A DNA stretch of 64,000 nt from the NCBI GenBank assembly GCA_000708835.1, contig DF237439.1:5668-69667 (forward strand), written 5' to 3'. The first letter of the stretch is position 1, and every line of letters begins with the position of its first letter. Under the pieces are notes generated by a model. The model had not been told where the DNA came from. It saw nothing but the letters and a program-made list of their open reading frames with translations, and made no database searches. The stretch comes from Klebsormidium nitens (lineage: Eukaryota > Plantae > Klebsormidiophyceae). Both the position numbers and the translations under genes were made by a program. Shown one piece after another: positions 56,701-64,000 of this stretch.

Positions 56701-59363
56701 GGCTACTGCTCGAATCTACTCGGTGAGTGTGTTGCCGTCACCGGATCAGTAGATTTTGGAACTCTCCAGGTCTCAGGTAACATTTTTCGCGCTCATCCAC
56801 GATTGCAGCGGTTCTGAGCTTCCTCAAGGCTGCTCGCTTTCCATGCGTTGATTCAAATCTACTGTAACTTCAGAGGCGCATGCTACCACATTCTGGAATT
56901 TGGACCTCTAGCTGAATCTGAGAGGAGCAAAATCGAGATCTCCTTTAGTAAGTCCGATTTGAAGCTTTAGATGTGAGTTGTACAGTCAGCTTGATGAGCA
57001 CAAGAATGCAGCAAAGTATTCTCGACGATGGTGCGGAAATGCGGCACCGCCACGGTGTCTTCAATCTGATTCCAAGACCTACTGTCCAACTTTCAAAGTA
57101 CTGAGACACCGTTCATCTGGTCTCAAGAATCACACGCGAACATCCGGGCTAATCAAACAAATCGGCCAGCCATCGCCTAACCTTGACCCGCCGGACTAAT
57201 TGCAAGAATGTAAACGACCTTGTACTTCTCTATAGTAGTCATTGTCAGAAACTTAGAGAAATCTTCGGAAGCTTTTCTATCCTCATGCAAAACCGTTGAC
57301 AGGCCGCTTCAAGATTGCAGTGCGTCAACCGCAGACTTTGGTGAGAGAATTCTTTCAGCTCCTTTCCTCAAAGGCGCTCTTTGCCCGCAAACATTTCGTT
57401 AAAAAGATATTCGTCAGATCTTCGCCTCGAGGCTCTTTTGACTATCGCAAACGCGGCGGTCAGCAGGAATGATGCTAAATCAGAAGTTCGCTCGTTTCGT
57501 AATGTTGACGTCTTACTTTAAGCCTGACTCAAAAGACTGAATCTAAACCCGTGAATCTTGCAGTTCGTCGGCCAAATGTATGCGCCGGGGGCCATTGAGG
57601 AGCGCCTGCGGATGGGCACTCTCAAAGGCTTGCTGCACCGCGAGTACGTCGAAGGCATGGACGACGACTACGCCACGTCTAACCTGACGGCGACCGACTG
57701 CTTTTACACGCGCTTCAAAACGGTACGAACGCTACAATTCCCGTTTACTGTTCCGGTAGCGAAGAGACAGTGGCCATCGCTCTTTCGCTGTGTGCACGAA
57801 TCGCACTGTTCTGCCGCCGGAACTCATTGAGGCTTCCCAAGTTCGGATTTGAAAACAGCACTTGCAGTGTTTTGTTACAGAGGAAAGTCGCTAAATACTA
57901 GGAAGTGCTTGACCGAAGGTAATCCATGAGCAACTCTTTTGCTTTCATCCGGTCTCTTTCGACCCCATCCAGTTGTTTGATCTCAGAACGAATTCCTGGA
58001 TTCTGAAGGATCAAGACATCTGGCTCAATATTTCTGTCGCAAGACCCAATCGGATAAGATTCTGCGCCTAGGAGTCATAGGGACTCACCGTCTGGAATTG
58101 GCGGCATATGATGGTTCGATTGACCACTTAGTCTAAAACTTTGGCCGACTCCATCTCTTAAAGCGCTTTGTAAGTTGAAATCACGAGAAGGACGTGACAT
58201 CGAGCGCAACCCTGATGCGTTCACAGCCGGGCATTTCAGGCGGAGGCTGACGTCACGACGCGCACGCCCATCGACGTCATCTCCACGTCTCCGAGGCTAT
58301 CCCTCACCGGCCGGCGGCTCCTCGTGGCCACGCCACCGCAGTGCGAGTGTCTGTGCGGGGGCGCCACGTGCGGGGCCAGCCAGTCATGCTGCAGCGACGC
58401 GTGCAGTGACGTCATGAGTGACGCCCGTAACTGCGGCTCGTGCGGCCACGCATGCGCTTCGGGAGAGTTGTGCTGCGGGGGCAGTTGCACCAACGTGGCG
58501 AGCCCCAGCAACTGCGGCTCGTGCGGCAACGTATGCGCTCCCGGCGAGTCGTGTTGCGGGGGCGTGTGTATCAACACATTGTGACCACCAACAGCAGCTG
58601 CGGGTCGTGCGGCCATGCATGTATGCCGTACGTCGAGACGTGTTGCGGGGGCAGATGCGTCTTCGTCCTGGGGGGCAACAAGGACAACTGCGGTGCGTGC
58701 GGCCAGAAATGCACCGGGCCAGATTACCCGGACCTGTCCTGCTGCTACCCGGGAGCTTGCACGAACGTGGCGAGCAACACGAGCAACTGCGGGTCGTGTG
58801 GCAGAGCATGCGCTCCATCCGAGAAGTGTTGCCGCGGCTTTTGCAGCAATCTGGTGACTGACAACTTCCACTGCGGCTCGTGCACCAATCAATGCCAGTT
58901 CGGCCAGCAGTGCTGCGGGGGATCGTGCACTGATCTAAAAACCAGCACCACGAATTGCGGCGCGTGCGGCCATGCGTGCGCTTCGGGCGAGACGTGTTGT
59001 GGGGGCAATTGCGTCAACCTGAAGACTGACCGCAGCAATTGTGGCTCGTGCGGCCACGTGTGCTTTGGCGGGGCGTGTTGCGGGGGCAACTGCGTCGACT
59101 TGATGAGCAACGCGGACAACTGTGGGTCTTGCGGCAACCCGTGCACCACAGTTTATGGGACGACGTGCTGCGGGGGCATCTGCCGCAACTTTGATATGGA
59201 CTTCACCAGCTGCGGCTCGTGCGGCCACATCTGCTCTCCGGGTCAGTCGTGCTGCAGTGGTACGTGCCTCAACACGGCAAGCGACCCCAATAATTGCGGG
59301 ATCTGTAACCGCCACTGCGGCGGGTCCACCCCTAACTGTGTTCAGAGTGCGTGCTCGGGCTGA
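53790..59363 (+). CDS. Secreted protein: signal peptide, Cys-rich segment, Root-cap/VWD-like domain, RRLL site, about 11 Stig1-like Cys repeats; two apparent 1-nt frameshifts
   Basis: Exons: 53790(or 53826)-54081, 54702-54828, 55606-55839, 56395-56607, 57564-57722, 58240-59363. GTGDP(H)F..DFHGKGNQSYCMVSD..LNARMF..GTWMDAIGV..VHGFVGQMY..YATSNLTATDCFYTRF, followed by repeated NCGSCGHAC..CCGG.C units. Frameshifts at 54724-54727 and about 58581, so this is either a pseudogene or a sequencing error. Confidence 0.8.
56317..56391 (+). repeat. 15-bp tandem repeat x5 (accaaatctcctgtt) abutting a splice acceptor
   Basis: Five units with one mismatch; followed directly by CAG at 56392-56394. Confidence 0.95.
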
Positions 59364-60371
59364 TGGGAGTGGGGGGGCGGCGGTGCTGGTGCGAATCAGC
59401 GGCTTCGGCGCGGCGTCTAGTTGCAGTCTAGCGGAACGGGCTCCTCTGTTTTTTGTTGCCCCGGCAGGTCGACATGGCTAGCTCTTGTGATGGGGCGAGA
59501 TCGAGTATTTGCATGACGTGCAGCAGAGCAGCACTTGTCGTGGTAAGAGAATGTTAGCCGCAAGTTTTGGTAAGAGATGTTAGCCGCAAGAAGATCCGAG
59601 ACGTGACCCCCACGATATATAGCGTCACAGGATTGAATTACACGTAGAGCTCTCATATATTAGCTAGAGGCGCCTGAAACTGCATCCACGTGGTAGCTTT
59701 CCTCTAGTTACAGAATTTCGTTTGAGCTAGTATGATCGGGCCAGGTTTATAGATCAGGAGCCAAAATGGGACAGAGCGTTAGAATTGAGAGCAGATGTGC
59801 GGGACTGGGTTGGTCCGACCAGTCGCCCGACAGCTCCTTGGTGCGCCTAAACTTCCGGTCTAGGCGTGGTATGTTCCTCTAGGCTGTATTATGGTTACCA
59901 CGACGTTCGACATTCTGTCCTTGTGCTAAAATACCACCAGTCGCCGCAGGCCTGTACTTCGATCGGCTAAGCCCCCGCTTCTGAATCTTTTTACCTTTTA
60001 GTCAGGTTGTCAGCCTTCACATCGAGTTCTGGCTGCTAAGCAGATGCGCCGGCAAGGGTCGCAATGCAGTCAGGCGCCTCATTTTCATATTCATAGTCAG
60101 CGTGTCGTTGTGTCTCACATTGTGGCATTCAGTCTGGCCGGGAGGCAGGCTCGCAAGCATGCTCACGCACGATCATTTGTAGGAGCTATGTGATCCCGAT
60201 ATCAGGTGAAGTAAGATGTGTCACTGAACTGCCCAAATAGAAAACAATTGAAGCCCATAGTGAGTCAGTGTTAATCCTAGTATCATATTACAAGCAGCTA
60301 GTACAGGCACCCCATGAACCAGCTCAATAAATGTCAATGCATGGGTGCACCCTGGCGAATCGTCATATTAT

Positions 60372-60956
60372 NNNNNNNNNNNNNNNNNNNNNNNNNNNNN
60401 NNNNNNNNNNNNNNNNNNNNNNNNNNNNNNNNNNNNNNNNNNNNNNNNNNNNNNNNNNNNNNNNNNNNNNNNNNNNNNNNNNNNNNNNNNNNNNNNNNNN
60501 NNNNNNNNNNNNNNNNNNNNNNNNNNNNNNNNNNNNNNNNNNNNNNNNNNNNNNNNNNNNNNNNNNNNNNNNNNNNNNNNNNNNNNNNNNNNNNNNNNNN
60601 NNNNNNNNNNNNNNNNNNNNNNNNNNNNNNNNNNNNNNNNNNNNNNNNNNNNNNNNNNNNNNNNNNNNNNNNNNNNNNNNNNNNNNNNNNNNNNNNNNNN
60701 NNNNNNNNNNNNNNNNNNNNNNNNNNNNNNNNNNNNNNNNNNNNNNNNNNNNNNNNNNNNNNNNNNNNNNNNNNNNNNNNNNNNNNNNNNNNNNNNNNNN
60801 NNNNNNNNNNNNNNNNNNNNNNNNNNNNNNNNNNNNNNNNNNNNNNNNNNNNNNNNNNNNNNNNNNNNNNNNNNNNNNNNNNNNNNNNNNNNNNNNNNNN
60901 NNNNNNNNNNNNNNNNNNNNNNNNNNNNNNNNNNNNNNNNNNNNNNNNNNNNNNNN
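60372..60956. other. Assembly gap (585 N)
   Basis: N run. Confidence 1.
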
Positions 60957-63900
60957 ACCACAGATCTTATATCTAGAAGCTTCGCATAAGAGTCTGAGTC
61001 TGCAGCGCGAAGTGTCAGCCTAGAAGCTTCGGTGCTCGGCCGGCCATAAGCTTAGTCTCGAAAGCTTTATCGGACGGTTCCCTTGCACGCGGTGCACGTG
61101 GGTCTTATCGGACGGTCACGCGGTGAAGCAGTAACCCAGACACGTGTCGTGTAGTGATTGGATATATCAAATAAGTCGATAGCGTATAATAACGGACGGT
61201 GCGCGGCCGCGAGTTTGGCGCGCAGCAGGAAGTCGGTGCGCAGTCGTGCCGTTACATTATCTGCATCAAGTGATGTCAAGTGTGGGATCTGGGCCAGATT
61301 ATAGCTCGCACGGGTATGTATCCTCAACGTCTAAATAGGCGGCACATATGTTGCGTATATATATGCATGTACCGTGAGACTCACAGAATCTCAACGCAGA
61401 CCGCACTGAGTACATGCAGAATGATGATGAAAGCCGGCGCGGCCGCGCTCTGTAACGAGTCGAGGTCGTCGAGCAAAAGGGGCCAATGAGCACCTTTTTC
61501 TTGACTGGGTCTCCATCTGATAAAGGCAATTCAGTTATTACGTGACTCTCAAGTACCCCTCAAGTACCTCAGCCTGGAAGGCGCGGCCGCGGCGCGGCCT
61601 TTGCGGGGATAAGTTAGGTACTTTATAACTTTATTTACGCCGTCAGTACGTTGAGCAGCCCCGGATGGCGGGCCGCGCCTTCATTTTTTGCACTATGAAG
61701 CTGGGCGTGATCTTTCCCCTTGTAAGCCGACAAACTCCGGTGGTTGAACCACCATGAAGTGCTTAGTGACGTCATTAAAGATGTGAGATCTAGTGTTCGC
61801 ACTTCTCCGATAGGATTCTGGTTCAGTACAGGCCCTAGCTAACAGGAAGTCAAAACGATCAATCCCTCAAGCTAGCTAACCAGGCTGGCAAATAACTTAG
61901 TCAGTCTCTTAATGAGGAACGGTATCTTCTTGCAAGCCAGACTTCACCCTGCCTGACGGTCGCCAGGCCCAACCTGTAGACCGCCTTCAGGACGCTCGCA
62001 GCGCCCCCTTGGCAAGTACTTATGATCCGTCCCCGGGCGCCTCCTAGCCTGTGCCGTTGATGACGTCAAGCCCCCGGCGCGGAGTGTGCGGAGTCGGCCC
62101 CGCGCGAGGTTAGAGCGCACGGGCGGAAAGGCTATGATCAAGCGAGATGCCCCGCCAGATGCAGACCAACTGGATATTGAGTCGCCCTTGGAGTGTCTCG
62201 AAGCTCGGGGTCCGGGCGCCCTTGCAGTTTCAGGGTTTTTAGCGTTTGCACATCCCCGCCTCCAGCTAATGTCCGGCCTTTACAAAGGAAGGTAACCCAA
62301 GCTGCTCCCACCACCCGGACCGGCCTCTCGATTACTCCCGCCGATTACTTTCGATACAGCCGGTCGCTCAAGTTGAGTGTCAAGCCCTCGGTCCCGCTTC
62401 ACTCGTGCGTTTCGAAGATGGGGTCCAGTTCAAAAACATGACACCGTGTGTTTTATTGCAGCATCGTTTACATTTTGCAACATCTAGAAGGGCGACAGCA
62501 GCATCGAATTATCTGAAGGTGTATTGACAGCATGTACACAAATAAGGTTTCCACCGTACAGAAGCCGATAGTCGGAGTGGGGGAGAACGAGGATCGAGTA
62601 CGTGGACGAGCGCGAGTGCGCCGAAGCGCCTAACTCAAGTTGATTGTGTTTTTCCTTTTTAACGAGAAAGTTTGAGCTCCCGGCTTCGATCCAATCCCTT
62701 TCGGGCAGGGACTCTTCCCTCCAATCCCCTTCGGAAAAATACTCTTCGCTTGAGTCACTCCCCTACGGGGATTTGAATGGCTCTACGTTCATACGTTTAC
62801 CGCATTTCAATTGCGCTCACTCTTCAAAAAAGTAGTTTCGGAAAGCGTTTATCTCTTCCTTCGTACACTGCATCAACGCAGTCACTGCCGTAAAAGATTG
62901 AAGCTATCAGACGCTTCCCTGATCAGCTTTGAGCGGCTGCAAGAGTGGGGGAGCCTCAACATGACAGGGGAAAAGGCTGTCGAAAAAACCTTCTCTGGTA
63001 CTGAGTAAAAGACGAGAGATACTAAGGTTCACGTCTGCAGGGGTGTGTGGAGGGTCCGAATGTGCTCAAATACAGAGTCCCTACGTGCAGCGAGGTTCGA
63101 AGCAGTCGAAGAAGTGCTTTTGCTTGGGAATGGGCCAGTGGCAAACGCGACCGTCCGGCCGCACTAAAGCGGAGGCTGCCGGACCCTAATGCCGTGCACT
63201 CTGAAGCGGAGAGGAAATAACGTGTTAACGGTGATGGGCGCGGCCGGATTCTTGGATCTCGATGTTCTGGGGTTGATTTGGAAGTTCCAGCCAAGATTCC
63301 CATTTGCATGTGGCTCATTGACTTCGCTTGTTGGACTTGCCTCGTTAGAGCTAGTGTTACCTCAAAAACCTCCTGACCTCACAGACTCACTAGGGACTCA
63401 GAGCACTGCGCGCGCATGTGCGCGACCAACCTGTAAATCTCTGCGAACGGCACCCAATCATTGGTGGCGACACCTCGGTCAAGTGTGAACATGCATTAAA
63501 CCAACGGCTGAAGTCGGCGGCTCTCAAGCCGTCAAACTGGGAGGTGACACGTGGCAGTTTCGGGGGGGAGATTCTGGAGACGAGGAAGCTGTAGCGAAGC
63601 GACGTAGGAGAAAATCAAGAATAAGTTCTGTGCTTAAGTAAGAGGGCCGTAGTGCAAGAAACAAGTTCTGAAGCAGCCGCGGCCTAAGATATTTTGGAAC
63701 GGGAGCCAGTTGCCAGCTTGATTTCTGGTCGCTGGTACCGAGGCTAGATAGGATAGAGATTTGTAGATATACCAAGCGATCGAAAACAATTGTTCATTCC
63801 TTCTCACGCCAAAAGAGAACGGGATCCGCTTGGGATCACCAAGTGTCTTGCCTATCATCGCCGCGCACCGCGGCAGCCATTGTTGTTTTATTGCCTGTGC

Positions 63901-64000
63901 CATCGTGTCTTTTCCAGCTTGTGTTGTTTCTTTCTGCATACCGATCTGATTGCATCATATTCTGTGCACTGTGCAATATATCACTGCGTATCTACTCGAC

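Noticed and set aside
58236-59481. Alternative-frame and antisense ORFs over the Cys-rich exon
   Set aside because: By-products of the repetitive GC-rich TGC/GGC codons; only the Stig1-like frame is meaningful.
60314-61023. ORFs of about 200 aa
   Set aside because: They consist almost entirely of N-gap translation.

Overview
Eukaryotic genomic DNA with GT-AG introns, CTAAC branch points and plant-like proteins; a streptophyte green alga such as Klebsormidium is my inference. It has three parts. (1) About 1-13.4 kb is a gene-dense, mostly intronless, partly decayed giant-virus (Nucleocytoviricota-like) insertion that runs off the left edge. It carries DUF5767-like, SWIB, SNF2-RING and HNH-like genes, two RGG-motif ORFs, an R-S-E type ADP-ribosyltransferase and a secreted thaumatin. 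(2) About 13.9-59.4 kb holds spliced host genes, which I reconstructed by hand: a dirigent/AOC-barrel-like exon, a 10-exon Rieske oxygenase (minus), a 13-exon Rab GDP-dissociation inhibitor (minus, 445 aa), an 18-exon F-box/SNF2/zf-CW/RING helicase (plus), and a secreted Root-cap/VWD + Stig1-repeat protein (plus, two frameshifts). (3) About 59.4-64 kb is intergenic or degenerate and contains an assembly gap. The strongest unexplained pattern is a set of 'exon echoes': at 13 loci the introns hold decayed tandem copies of the neighbouring splice junction, mostly still carrying AG or GT, with spacings clustered near 160 bp. I found no rRNA, tRNA or CRISPR array. All family assignments come from motif recognition, not database searches.
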